From Acidobacteriota bacterium (GTDB lineage: Bacteria > Acidobacteriota > UBA6911 > RPQK01 > JAJDTT01), in NCBI GenBank assembly GCA_965263035.1, contig OZ253580.1, forward strand, positions 2,912,001 to 2,976,000: DNA of 64,000 bases, in the 5' to 3' direction. This document shows, piece after piece, positions 18,474 to 28,080 of the stretch. Within the stretch, counting starts at the first letter, position 1. Every line of letters begins with the position of its first letter. Under the pieces are notes generated by a model. The model was not told the origin of the DNA. It did not search any database and saw nothing but the letters and a program-made list of their open reading frames with translations. A program made the position numbers and the translations under genes.

Positions 18474-19625
18474 TCAAGCGATATAATTCGCCCAATGCCC
18501 CATCAATTCGCGTCGCCGCGCGAACATATCAGATCGAAAATAGGCGCCTTCAACACCCTTGACGGTGTGCGCCAGACAAGCTTCTGCGACTTCCCGCGCT
18601 GCCCCGGTGTCGCCACACCAATCTCGGAAACTGGACCGGAAGCCATGCGGCACCGCCGGGATGCCGTTTTCTCTGATGAGCTTGGAAATCGTCGAATCGC
18701 TCAACGTCCGCCCGCTCGGACTCGGAAACACCAGCCCGGAACCGTCCGCGAATTTCAACACCTCGTTAAGCACTTCGAGAGCCCGTTTCGACAACGGCAC
18801 CCGGTGCTCCCGCCGGGTCTTCATGCGCTTGCCCGGTATGGTCCAAGTCGGTTTCGAAAGGTCCACTTCCTTCCACCGAGCGCCCCGAACCTCACCGGAG
18901 CGACAAGCCGTTAGCACAATGAACTCAAACGCAAGCACCGTGGCCCGGTAGGCACCCGACTGTCGAACTTTCTTAATCGCGGCCCCGACTTCACCATGCG
19001 GGAGGGCCCTATGGTGCTGGCGGCGAACACCGTTTTTCGGGAGAGCCGCCCCGATGACTTCTCCGGCCGGATTGTCTTGACGGTAGTTCTGGGCCACCGC
19101 CCATTTCATGACGGCGCCGATGCGTTGCCGCACCCGTCGAGCCGTCTCCCGCTTCTCGTTCCAGATTGGAAGGAGCACGGCCAGCACGTCAGCCGTCGTT
19201 ATCTTGTCCACGCGCTTGCGCCCCAGTATCGGCATGGCGTAGTCACGGAGACTCGCCCGCCATTGCGCCTCAGATTTGCCGCCGGGCCGCCACGTCGCCG
19301 CATGAATTCGGATGACCTTATCGGCGGCTTTCTCAAACGTCGGAATGCCGCCGCCGCGCGGGTCGCGTCCTTGGTGGACGGCCCGGCGGTTAACCAGCAC
19401 CACGTTGCGGGCCTCGGCCAGCGTGACCACTGGATAGATGCCGAGGCCAATGTTGAACGGCTTGCCGTTCATTCTGAGCCGCTGCGACCAGGTTTTGGAG
19501 AGTCGCCCGGATGCGGTAGGCTTGACCAAGATGCTCAAACCATGCCCACCGCGCCCGTCTCCATACCGGCCCGGTCGGTTGATGGATCTAACGAAAGATG
19601 CCGACAGTTGCTTGGGACGTTTCAT
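18474..19625 (-). CDS. P4-like tyrosine integrase
   Basis: Arm-binding N-terminus (PGRYGDG..GLSILV...GLGIYPVVTLAEAR); LTACRSGE, HGFRSSFRDW, LAH, AYFRSD. Confidence 0.95.
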   Translation of the reverse strand: MKRPKQLSASFVRSINRPGRYGDGRGGHGLSILVKPTASGRLSKTWSQRLRMNGKPFNIGLGIYPVVTLAEARNVVLVNRRAVHQGRDPRGGGIPTFEKAADKVIRIHAATWRPGGKSEAQWRASLRDYAMPILGRKRVDKITTADVLAVLLPIWNEKRETARRVRQRIGAVMKWAVAQNYRQDNPAGEVIGAALPKNGVRRQHHRALPHGEVGAAIKKVRQSGAYRATVLAFEFIVLTACRSGEVRGARWKEVDLSKPTWTIPGKRMKTRREHRVPLSKRALEVLNEVLKFADGSGLVFPSPSGRTLSDSTISKLIRENGIPAVPHGFRSSFRDWCGDTGAAREVAEACLAHTVKGVEGAYFRSDMFARRRELMGHWANYIA

Positions 19626-19763
19626 TTCGGTATTATCTCCATTATCACTATCTTGGAGAGATTACACGAAACGGCGTGAAACGTCAATGGACATCAAAGA
19701 TATGATTATAAAAGAGTTAGGTGGACTTTCTGAGACGAATAGAAACTGATCAAAACCCTATAA

Positions 19764-19784
19764 TGGCGGATACCTCCTCCGCCA
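19764..19784. mobile_element. putative att site, tRNA-Ser 3'-end-like
   Basis: TGGCGGA-TACCTCC-TCCGCCA upstream of the integrase; ATTATC/ACTATC repeats at 19632-19652 resemble arm sites. Confidence 0.55.
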
Positions 19785-19880
19785 GCTTCCGTTCCATTTC
19801 ATCAGTTGGTCGGTTTCCCGGACCGACATGACGGATACAGTCGGGAGAGGGCGTGAAAACCTCAACGCGCGCCAGCGAAG

Positions 19881-20396
19881 TCACTTGCGCCGCTTCGGCT
19901 CGAATGTCATCGGGGACTCCCCGGTGATCTGCCCGCCCTTCATGCTGTGCCAGTGGGTCGTGAGGAGGTCCTCCCCCTGCAGTATGTACTCGGCGTGGTG
20001 CATGTAGTGGCCCTTGGGTGACGAGAGATTGGTGATGCTGTCGAAACGCAGCTCGAGGCGGTTTTCGGCGTCCCTGGCCCGTACTTCCAGGCGCGGCTGA
20101 TTTCCCGCCGCACAGTAGTGAGTCATCAGCACGCGTTCTCCGTCCGCGTGGTACATGTTGAGCATTTCATGTCCGTCGGGGCTGTTGGGAAACATCAGCT
20201 CCACCAGAGCCGAACCGCCGGAAGTGAGCCGGAAGCTGGAGCCGACGACGCCGGTTTCGCCGCCGTTCTCGTCCAGCAGGATCCATTCGCCTTCCAGCGC
20301 AGTCAGCTTCGACATCACGTCATCGTCCTTCGCGCCCGCCCCAGAGAGACCGATGGCGGCCAGAGCCAAGCCGACAAACAGAGTTTTTCTTGCCAT
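19881..20396 (-). CDS. secreted hypothetical beta-rich protein (THYCxxGNQPR motif)
   Basis: AAGGAG RBS; signal peptide MARKTLFVGLALAAIGLSGAGA. Confidence 0.8.
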   Translation of the reverse strand: MARKTLFVGLALAAIGLSGAGAKDDDVMSKLTALEGEWILLDENGGETGVVGSSFRLTSGGSALVELMFPNSPDGHEMLNMYHADGERVLMTHYCAAGNQPRLEVRARDAENRLELRFDSITNLSSPKGHYMHHAEYILQGEDLLTTHWHSMKGGQITGESPMTFEPKRRK

Positions 20397-20642
20397 TGGA
20401 TGGTTCTCCTTCCGTACCAGTCTAGCAGCAAGCCGGTAACTAGCTGCCAAACGAGAACGATCCGCGTAGCCGCTGTGCCCGCCACGTTTGGAAAACGTCT
20501 CGGCGGGAGCCGCCGGCCATCGCAAGGCGCCGTCCATGCGTCCAACTTGACTGCTTGAAAATTGCCGCCGCTTGATTTGCAGGTTAGCGCCGTCAAGATT
20601 CAAGGACCAGCGCTCCGGCGCCCGAAATTTGACGTGGCGACC

Positions 20643-20719
20643 AATCCGATTCCGGCGTGCATTCCGAATCAGACGGTGTTACATTCCGAATCGGACGGAG
20701 TCGGAATCCGAATTGGACG
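20643..20719 (+). repeat. four imperfect direct repeats A(T/A)TCCGAATCRGACG
   Basis: Units start at 20643, 20661, 20683, 20705 (spacing 18, 22, 22). Confidence 0.8.
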
Positions 20720-20726
20720 ATGCCTG

Positions 20727-21986
20727 ATGCCGGATCAGACGATACGCACCGGGGAGTTTGTGGCGCGGCATGCCGAGCGGCCGGTTCGCGCAGCGCTGGC
20801 AGATACCCGCATCGTCGCGATCGTAGGGCCGCGCCAGTCCGGCAAGACGACGCTCGCTCGCCGTATCGCCGCTGCCGACGGCCGCCCTTTCATCACCCTG
20901 GATGACGATCAGTTCAGGCGGTTTGCTCGAAATGATCCGGCTGGCTTCATGCGCGCCCAACCGGCCGCGGTGATCGATGAAATCCAGCGCGCGCCAGGTC
21001 TCATCCTGGCACTCAAGCAAGCGGTGGATGAAGACCCGCGTCCCGGGCGCTTCCTGATCACGGGCTCGGTCGACCTTTTCCGGGGCTCGATCTCGCCTGA
21101 TTCGCTCGCGGGGCGCGTCGAGACGATCGAGCTCCTACCGTTTTCGCAAGCGGAGATCGCCGGTACCGGTCCGCCGGACTTCCTGGATCGAGCCTTTGCC
21201 GCAGATTTTCCGAACCTCGCGCTGACGGGATCGACCGACGGCTTGACGGAACGAATCATCTCCGGCGGTTTTCCCGAAGCTCTTTCTCGTGCGGTTCCTT
21301 CCCGACGGCGGAGCTGGCTGCGGGCTTATGCCCGCGCGCTCGCCGAACGCGATGTCTCCGATATCGCCTCCATCGCCAAGCTGAGCGACCTGAGCCGCCT
21401 GATCGACTACGCGGCTGTTTCCGCAGGCCAGTTGCTCAACCTGTCGGCCCTCGGATCGCGAATTGGCGTCGACGGCAAGACGGTCGACCGCTGGCTCGCC
21501 TTGTTCGAACACATGTTCCTGGTCCGACGTATCTTCGCTTGGCATCGTAGCGGGCTGAAAAGGCTCATCAAGGCGCCGAAGCTGCACTTTCTGGATTCCG
21601 GTCTGCTGGCGGCGCTCCAGCGGGTCTCGGCGGCGGCAGTGGCCAAGGACCGGCAGAAACTGGGGCCGCATCTGGAAAGCTTCGTTTACGCTGAGCTCGC
21701 CAAGGCGGCCACTCTTTCCGGCGAGGAGCTGACCATTAGTCATTATCGCGACAAGGATCAGGTCGAAGTTGACTTCGTGCTGGAGCGATCCCCCAGCGCA
21801 ATCGTCGGGATCGAAGTCAAGGCAAGCGGGACGGTGCGCCCCAGGGACTTCAAGGGCCTGAAGCGACTGCGAGAGGCCGCGGGCGACCGTTTCTCTTGCG
21901 GCATCATCCTCCATGACGGCGAGCGCGTTCAAAAAGCCGCGCCCAGGCTTTTCGCGATGCCCGTCAAGATGCTCTGGACTAACTGA
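20727..21986 (+). CDS. AAA+ ATPase with DUF4143 / PD-(D/E)XK C-terminal domain
   Basis: GPRQSGKTT, IDEIQR, LITGS, SLAGR, GGFPE, EVDFVLE..GIEVKA. Confidence 0.92.
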   Translation: MPDQTIRTGEFVARHAERPVRAALADTRIVAIVGPRQSGKTTLARRIAAADGRPFITLDDDQFRRFARNDPAGFMRAQPAAVIDEIQRAPGLILALKQAVDEDPRPGRFLITGSVDLFRGSISPDSLAGRVETIELLPFSQAEIAGTGPPDFLDRAFAADFPNLALTGSTDGLTERIISGGFPEALSRAVPSRRRSWLRAYARALAERDVSDIASIAKLSDLSRLIDYAAVSAGQLLNLSALGSRIGVDGKTVDRWLALFEHMFLVRRIFAWHRSGLKRLIKAPKLHFLDSGLLAALQRVSAAAVAKDRQKLGPHLESFVYAELAKAATLSGEELTISHYRDKDQVEVDFVLERSPSAIVGIEVKASGTVRPRDFKGLKRLREAAGDRFSCGIILHDGERVQKAAPRLFAMPVKMLWTN

Positions 21987-22031
21987 AGACAGGAAGCAGG
22001 GCCGATTTCCGGCTGATCCGGGTCGCACTGG

Positions 22032-22190
22032 GAGTCTGCGCGGTAGAAACGATGGTAGCGAGAAAGTGGGGAATCGAGGCCGGATTTTCTCGATTTGGAG
22101 GTGCCTAGTTGTTCTATTCGCCGAGAAATCGGGGAAATATGGACCGATTCTACCGCTTTCGCAGTAGATCAATTTCTGTGGCGCAGGCTC
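22032..22190. mobile_element. MITE family A copy 1 (159 bp)
   Basis: Imperfect terminal IRs GAGTCTGCGC...GCGCAGGCTC; near-identical to 56180-56338. Confidence 0.85.
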
Positions 22191-22203
22191 CCAGGAGGGA
22201 GGG

Positions 22204-22482
22204 TCAATCCAGATCCCAGAGACGCTTCGGGTCCTCCAGTTCGTCCTTGGACTGCAGGGCCTCCCGAAACTTGTCCTCCAGACTGGCGTGCCGGCGTTTC
22301 TCGTCATCCACGACTTTGCTGAAACGCTGGTCCGCCCTGGCCTTGCGCTCGGTGATCGCCTCCAGGGCCGACTCGAAGGAATAGTCCTGTTTCTTGCTCT
22401 CGCTTCGAATCACGAGGCCGGTCTTGCCGTCGACCAGGAGTCTGCATCCGCATTCGGGGCATTCCACCTTGAGCCTGGACAT
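22204..22482 (-). CDS. small zinc-ribbon/coiled-coil hypothetical protein
   Basis: MSRLKVECPECGCRLLVD...PKRLWDLD. Confidence 0.75.
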   Translation of the reverse strand: MSRLKVECPECGCRLLVDGKTGLVIRSESKKQDYSFESALEAITERKARADQRFSKVVDDEKRRHASLEDKFREALQSKDELEDPKRLWDLD

Positions 22483-22557
22483 GATTTCCCAATTCTAATA
22501 CGAATCGCCCAGGGCCGCTCCGGAGGGGGAAACGGAAGGTTGCCGGACCGGCGTTCG

Positions 22558-23157
22558 TCAGGATGGAATGCGGGAGAGTTCTTCCAACTGGCGCCGAAGT
22601 CCGGGCTCGGCCATGAGTTCCGACGCGCGAAACAGGGAAAAATAGCGGTAGGAATCCAGATTCTCGGCGGCGCCCTCCTCCCGATCGACGATGGAGATGA
22701 CGGCGGCCACGCGGTAGCCTTCGGCCTCGGCCTGGACGATGGCCTTCAGGGCCGATCCTCCCGTCGTGCAGACATCGTCGACCACCACCACCGGAGACCC
22801 CTTGGGTCCCTGGTAGCCTTCCAGGTAGCGCCGGGTGCCGTGGCTCTTGGGCTGCTTGCGGACGATGAACGCGGAAATCGGATCGAATCTGGCCCGGTGG
22901 GCGAAACTCACCGCCGCCACGGCGGCGACGATGGGGTCGGCGCCCAGGCTCAGACCGCCGATGGCGGCCGCCGAAACCTCACGCCGCCGAAGCTCCTCCA
23001 GGATCAACAGGGCTGAAAGGTAGGCCCCCTCGGGCTCCAGGGTGGCCCGCTTCAGGTCCAGGTAGTAGTGACTGTGCCGGCCCGAAGCGAGCCGGAAACG
23101 ACCCACTTTCAGGCAGCGGGTCAGCAGAATCTCTTGCAGGCGGTCGCGGGTGTCCAT
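22558..23157 (-). CDS. pyrE: orotate phosphoribosyltransferase
   Basis: FRLASGRHSHYYLD, VRKQPKSHG, VVDDVCTTGGS. Confidence 0.95.
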   Translation of the reverse strand: MDTRDRLQEILLTRCLKVGRFRLASGRHSHYYLDLKRATLEPEGAYLSALLILEELRRREVSAAAIGGLSLGADPIVAAVAAVSFAHRARFDPISAFIVRKQPKSHGTRRYLEGYQGPKGSPVVVVDDVCTTGGSALKAIVQAEAEGYRVAAVISIVDREEGAAENLDSYRYFSLFRASELMAEPGLRRQLEELSRIPS

Positions 23158-23199
23158 GGGGATTCGAGTATACATGGAGTCTGGTACCATGACGCGCTC

Positions 23200-24519
23200 A
23201 TGCAGAGACCGGGCAAGTGGCTGTCTCGGATCGGTCCGGGCGCCATCGTTGCATCCGCCACGGTGGGAGCCGGCGAAACGGTCCTGGCCGTCCGTACCGG
23301 CGCCTGGGGCGGTTACGATCTCCTCTGGCTGATCCTTCTGGCCATCCTGGCCAAGTCGTTCCTGACGCTTTATCTCTTGGGCCACTATGCGGTCGCCACC
23401 GGACGCGCGGTGGCGGAGAAGCTGGTGGATCTGCCCGGTCCACGGGGGTGGTTCCTCTGGGTCGTCCTGGTGCTGGAGTCTCTGGTGGCTCCCTTCGTCT
23501 TCGTGGTGATCGCCGTCCCGTGCGGGCGCTTGATGAGCCAGGTGCTGGCGGCGGGCGGATTGAGCGTCTCCTACAAGTGGCTGGCTCTGGCCTTCCTGAG
23601 CTTGGCCATCCTGGTCGGCCTGGTGCAACGGTACGACACTCTGGAGAAGTCGCAGGGGCTGGTTTGCCTGGTGCTCCTGGTGGGAACCGTGACCGCCACC
23701 CTTCTGGCCCGGCCCGATTTCGCGGGGATTCTCAAGGGACTGTTCAGCCTGGGGACGGTCCCCCCCTACCCGGACTGGATCCCCACTGAAATCAAGGGCA
23801 GAAGCCGTCTTTTGGAGATGGCCGCGGTCTTCGGATACGCCGGCAGCATCCCCATGAACTACGTGGTCTACTCCAACTGGGCCCTGATGAAGGGCTGGAG
23901 CCTGAAGGGGGTCAAGGGAGGTTCTGCGAGAAAACGCGCGCTGGGGCCTCTGAAATTCGACGTGGGAGTCAACACCGTGGTCGTGTTTCTGGTGACGGTG
24001 GCTTTCATGGTGTCCGGCGCCGCAATTCTGAACCCCGCCCGGAAGATACCGCAGGGATATGATCTGCTGACGGAGCAGGCTCATATCTTCGCCGAAATCT
24101 CCCCCATGATGATTCCGCTCTACTACGTCACCATTCTCGCCGCCCTCTGGGGGACATTGAACGCGCTACCCGACATTTATGGCAGAGGCGCTCACAGCTT
24201 TTTGCGGCAGCTCCTGCCCGGCGCCCGGGAGTGGTCGCTCTCCAGGGTGAGAAACGTTTACGGGCTCTCCACCCTGGTCCTTTCCGGATTCTTCATCTGG
24301 AGTGGGACGACGCCCATCATCATGGTGGACATGGTGGCGCTTTTCAGCACCAATGTAGGTGTGGGCCTGACCTGTATCGCGGCAATTTGGCTGAATCGGC
24401 AGTTGCCGCCCGACAAACGGGTCCCGGCCTGGCTCTCCGGCGCCGCCGTGGCGGGAGCCGCCGTCACCAACGTCATGGCGCTGATTTCGGCGCGAGAAGT
24501 GTTGTTGCGTTACTTTTGA
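23200..24519 (+). CDS. NRAMP-like membrane transporter
   Basis: IGPGAIVASATVGAGE N-terminal motif; many hydrophobic helices. Confidence 0.8.
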   Translation: MQRPGKWLSRIGPGAIVASATVGAGETVLAVRTGAWGGYDLLWLILLAILAKSFLTLYLLGHYAVATGRAVAEKLVDLPGPRGWFLWVVLVLESLVAPFVFVVIAVPCGRLMSQVLAAGGLSVSYKWLALAFLSLAILVGLVQRYDTLEKSQGLVCLVLLVGTVTATLLARPDFAGILKGLFSLGTVPPYPDWIPTEIKGRSRLLEMAAVFGYAGSIPMNYVVYSNWALMKGWSLKGVKGGSARKRALGPLKFDVGVNTVVVFLVTVAFMVSGAAILNPARKIPQGYDLLTEQAHIFAEISPMMIPLYYVTILAALWGTLNALPDIYGRGAHSFLRQLLPGAREWSLSRVRNVYGLSTLVLSGFFIWSGTTPIIMVDMVALFSTNVGVGLTCIAAIWLNRQLPPDKRVPAWLSGAAVAGAAVTNVMALISAREVLLRYF

Positions 24520-24581
24520 CGCGAATTTCCGGTTCGGCTCTTGCGTTCGGAAGAGCGAGACCTGCAGATGGGAGGAAGCCC

Positions 24582-26117
24582 GTGACCGCCGACAAGCGAT
24601 TCAATCCTGACGAACTGAAACAGCTGCTCCAGAACAAATACGGGACCGGGGTGCGGGTCGAATTGTTCCCCAAATCGGATCGGGAGGAGACGGGCGAAGA
24701 GCCGAATCAGGCACCGGTGGAGCATCGTGACCTGACGTTCGACTATCGGCCGAGTCAGATCAAGGAGTATCTGGACCGTTTCGTCATTCAGCAGGACGAA
24801 GCCAAGAAGGTTCTGGCCACGGCGATCTGCGACCACTACCACCACATCCAGAACTGCAGCGACCCGGACGAGTGCCGGGAGTACAAGAAGCAGAACATCA
24901 TCATCATCGGTCCCACGGGGGTGGGAAAGACCTACCTGATCCAGAACATCGCCCGTTTGATCGGCGTTCCGTTCTGCAAGGCCGACGCCACCCGGTACAG
25001 TGAGACCGGCTACGTGGGGGGCGACGTGGAGGATCTGGTCCGGGAACTGGTCCAACAGGCGAACGACGACGTCCGGCTGGCGGAGTACGGAATCGTCTAC
25101 CTGGACGAGATCGACAAGATCGCCGCACCCACGGGGCTGATGGGAAGAGACGTGAGCGGCCACGGCGTGCAAAGGGGTCTCCTGAAGCTCATGGAGGAGA
25201 CGGAGGTGCCGTTGCGATCCCCCACGGACATCGCCAGCCAGATGCAATCTATGATGGAAATTCAATCTGGCCGCAAGTTGGAAAAGAAGACGATCAACAC
25301 CAAGCACATCCTCTTCATCGTCAGCGGGGCCTTCAACGGGCTGACCGAGATTGTCGGGAAACGCCTGGGCTCGAGACAGATCGGCTTCATGGGCGGAGAG
25401 CAGGAGGCGGAGCGGAAGGAGGAATTGCTGCTGCAGCAGATCCGGTCCACGGACTTCGTGGAGTATGGTTTCGAGTCGGAGTTCATCGGGCGCCTGCCGG
25501 TCGTGACCCACTGTCGGCGCCTCAGCGTCGACGACCTGTTTCAGATCCTCAAGAGGTCGGAAGGGTCCCTCCTCAAGCAGTACAAGAAGGACTTTCTGGC
25601 TTACGGCATCGACGCCTATTTCAAGGATGGGGCGATGCGGGCGCTTGCCGAGCTGGCGGAGCGGGAAGAGACGGGCGCGCGCGGCCTGATGACCGTGTGC
25701 GAGAGAATTTTCCGAGACTACAAATACCATCTGCCGGATCATGAGGTGACGGAATTGGTGGCGGACCGTGAGCTGGTCGAGAATCCGCAGGCGGCGCTCG
25801 ATGAACTCCTGGCCAGGCCGGGCCTGCATCACGAGGCCATCCTGCAGTTCCAGCTCAAACGCTTCGAGGGGGAGTTCCAGAAGCAGTACGGAGTGGAAAT
25901 CACGTTTACGCCAGAGGCCGTCGCACTCATCTCGGAACGGGTGAAGGGACCGAATGCCGACGTCCTGCAGTACTGCCGGGACCTGTTTCGGGAGTACGAG
26001 CACGGGATGAAGCTGCTGGCTCGCGCGCAGGCTTCCAAACCCCTGTCCGTGGACCCTCAGGTCATCAAGGACCCTGCGGGTTCGTTGGAGCGGTGGATCC
26101 GTGAGACTTACAAGTGA
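24582..26117 (+). CDS. ClpX-like AAA+ ATPase without the N-terminal zinc-binding domain, with C-terminal extension
   Basis: GPTGVGKT, GYVGGDVE, LDEIDKI, VQRGLLKLME, IGF loop, EFIGRLP, TGARGL; GTG start after GGAGG. Confidence 0.85.
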   Translation: MTADKRFNPDELKQLLQNKYGTGVRVELFPKSDREETGEEPNQAPVEHRDLTFDYRPSQIKEYLDRFVIQQDEAKKVLATAICDHYHHIQNCSDPDECREYKKQNIIIIGPTGVGKTYLIQNIARLIGVPFCKADATRYSETGYVGGDVEDLVRELVQQANDDVRLAEYGIVYLDEIDKIAAPTGLMGRDVSGHGVQRGLLKLMEETEVPLRSPTDIASQMQSMMEIQSGRKLEKKTINTKHILFIVSGAFNGLTEIVGKRLGSRQIGFMGGEQEAERKEELLLQQIRSTDFVEYGFESEFIGRLPVVTHCRRLSVDDLFQILKRSEGSLLKQYKKDFLAYGIDAYFKDGAMRALAELAEREETGARGLMTVCERIFRDYKYHLPDHEVTELVADRELVENPQAALDELLARPGLHHEAILQFQLKRFEGEFQKQYGVEITFTPEAVALISERVKGPNADVLQYCRDLFREYEHGMKLLARAQASKPLSVDPQVIKDPAGSLERWIRETYK

Positions 26118-26132
26118 GGAAGCCGCACCGCC

Positions 26133-26735
26133 TCAACTGGAGCGGCGGCGATAGACGGCGGCGAACACTGTTCGCAAGGGAGAGACGCAATAGGTCTCGA
26201 TGATCTGCTTTCCCGCCTGGGGCCGAAAGCACTTCTCGAGGTAGGGGTTGTCCACCTTGAAGGAGAGCCGCATGATGTCGGCGCCCTCGCCCCTTCTCTC
26301 CACGGCAAAAGCATCCTGCAGACTGGGCTCCAGGAGAAAGATCTGGTTGTAGCGGAGGTGTTTCAACTCGTAGGGCGTTGGCACCTTCTCGCTTCCCAGA
26401 TGCCGGTAGTGGGCCATGAGGCGACGCAGAAAATCGTCGTAGTCGAATGATTCCACCTTGTTGTTGACGCTCACTTCCACGATGAACGCGCCGTCGATCC
26501 AGGAAGAGCGCAGTCCGTAAGTGAAGTCCAGATCGCCCTTGTTGAATTTGATTCGGTGGCCCTTTTCGTCGTGGAAACGCTTGAGCTCCTCGGTTCCCTG
26601 TTGATCGGGAAGGTTCGCCACCTGCTCGCTGGTGATATAGAAGCTGGCGACGTTCCCGTACCAACCGTCAATGATATTGCCGAGGATCTTGTCGGCAGCC
26701 TGCCATATCTTCTCGGCGTCAGCAGTGGTCAACAT
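26133..26735 (-). CDS. hypothetical protein
   Basis: About 200-aa globular C-terminal part of the track ORF, from MLTTADAEKIW. Confidence 0.7.
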   Translation of the reverse strand: MLTTADAEKIWQAADKILGNIIDGWYGNVASFYITSEQVANLPDQQGTEELKRFHDEKGHRIKFNKGDLDFTYGLRSSWIDGAFIVEVSVNNKVESFDYDDFLRRLMAHYRHLGSEKVPTPYELKHLRYNQIFLLEPSLQDAFAVERRGEGADIMRLSFKVDNPYLEKCFRPQAGKQIIETYCVSPLRTVFAAVYRRRSS

Positions 26736-26815
26736 GCGGTCCGCAGATTGTAAACCAAGCCCTGAAATCGTGTAAATAGCCTCAACGCAGTTTTGTTGCC
26801 TGCGACGGCCGGTCC

Positions 26816-27997
26816 TCATTCCTGTGCCGCCTGTGGCGCGGCCGTCAGCCCGCCTTTTCCCAGGTCGGGCGGCAGCCGCAATGCCAGGATGAATCCTGGC
26901 ACCGCGAAGAGGACGATGGCCGTCATGGTCAACTGAAGACCCACCGTCTGACTGACGAATCCAACCACGGGCAGGAGCAAGCCGCCCACGCCCCAGGCGA
27001 ACCCCATGAGCAGCGCCGAGATGGTGGAGGTGGCCTCCGGCACCATCTGTTGGGCCATCACCACGTTGACGGGGGAGGTGGAGAGCAGGACGCCGCCTCC
27101 CAGAATGCACAGCACGATGGAAATTGGCCCCTGGGACCAGAGAAAAGCCAGCAACAGAGGCAGGCTGCCGCACATGGAAAGAGCGAGGATGCTCTTGCCC
27201 CCGAAGCGGTCGCTCAGGATGCCCCCCAGGAAACCGGCGCTGCCGCCGGCCAGCAGAAACAGGCTCAGAACCAGGGCAGCCCGCGCCGCGCCATATCCGT
27301 GCAGCGTCAGATACAAGGGGAGAAAAGCGACGAAGATGATCTGAATGGATCCTCGGATGACCACGAGCAGGTAGAGGATCAGAAGTGGCTTTCGTTGCTC
27401 CATAAGCCGCGAAAGAAGTGTTCTGTGGTGGAGAGCGGCCGTCGGGGACGGGGACGGGCCGTAAAGGATGAGGTACAGACTCATGGCGACGCCCGGCACG
27501 CCCGCCCAGAGGCTGGAGCCCAGGCCCACAAGGGCAATCACGGCGGTGATATAGACCGGGCCCAGGGCGTAGCCGAGCATGCCGCCGGTGACGAAAACCG
27601 ACATGTGGAAACCCTTTCTGCGGGCGGAGGACTCCGAGACAATAGACGCCGCCTGGGGGTGAAACGCCGAGATCCCGACGCCGCCCAAAATGACCATCAC
27701 CAACAGCGCCCGGAAATCGGGAGCCAGGCCCAGGGCGGAGATGAAGAGCCCCGCCAGTCCGGGTCCCAACGCGGTGAAGACAGGTTTCCGCAGCCGGTCG
27801 GCCAGGTAGCCGTAAAAGGGCTGCATGAACGCGCTGGAAAAACTCAGGACGCCGCCCAGAATCCCGGCTTCGACCAGCGACAGGTCCAGTTCCTGGTGGA
27901 GGAAGGGCAGGAACGCCCCGAACATGCTGGCGTAGCAGTCGATGAGGAAGTGACCGCCGGACAATGAAAGAACCGGCCTCGGAACTCTGAACGACAT
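26816..27997 (-). CDS. MFS transporter (Fsr-like)
   Basis: GHFLIDCY, QPFYGYLADR, AFHPQA, GILSDRFG. Confidence 0.9.
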   Translation of the reverse strand: MSFRVPRPVLSLSGGHFLIDCYASMFGAFLPFLHQELDLSLVEAGILGGVLSFSSAFMQPFYGYLADRLRKPVFTALGPGLAGLFISALGLAPDFRALLVMVILGGVGISAFHPQAASIVSESSARRKGFHMSVFVTGGMLGYALGPVYITAVIALVGLGSSLWAGVPGVAMSLYLILYGPSPSPTAALHHRTLLSRLMEQRKPLLILYLLVVIRGSIQIIFVAFLPLYLTLHGYGAARAALVLSLFLLAGGSAGFLGGILSDRFGGKSILALSMCGSLPLLLAFLWSQGPISIVLCILGGGVLLSTSPVNVVMAQQMVPEATSTISALLMGFAWGVGGLLLPVVGFVSQTVGLQLTMTAIVLFAVPGFILALRLPPDLGKGGLTAAPQAAQE

Positions 27998-28080
27998 GGA
28001 CGCGCCATTCTCGCACAATCCGCCGTATAGTAGGGGTACCCCTCGTGGGTGCCCGCTTCGACTCTACGCTCTGAAATAAA

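Noticed and set aside
19764-19784. Complete tRNA-Ser gene
   Set aside because: Only the terminal TCCGCCA is present; no T, anticodon or D arms on either strand.
20643-20719. Possible CRISPR array
   Set aside because: Repeats are about 15 bp with 3-7 nt gaps; no spacers and no cas genes. No CRISPR array was seen anywhere in the window.
22558-24084. Long N-terminal extensions or fusions in track ORFs (pyrE 508 aa, 26133-28016, 31986-33587, 37751-39889)
   Set aside because: Upstream open frames overlap other genes; real starts lie downstream, at the point where recognisable protein sequence begins.
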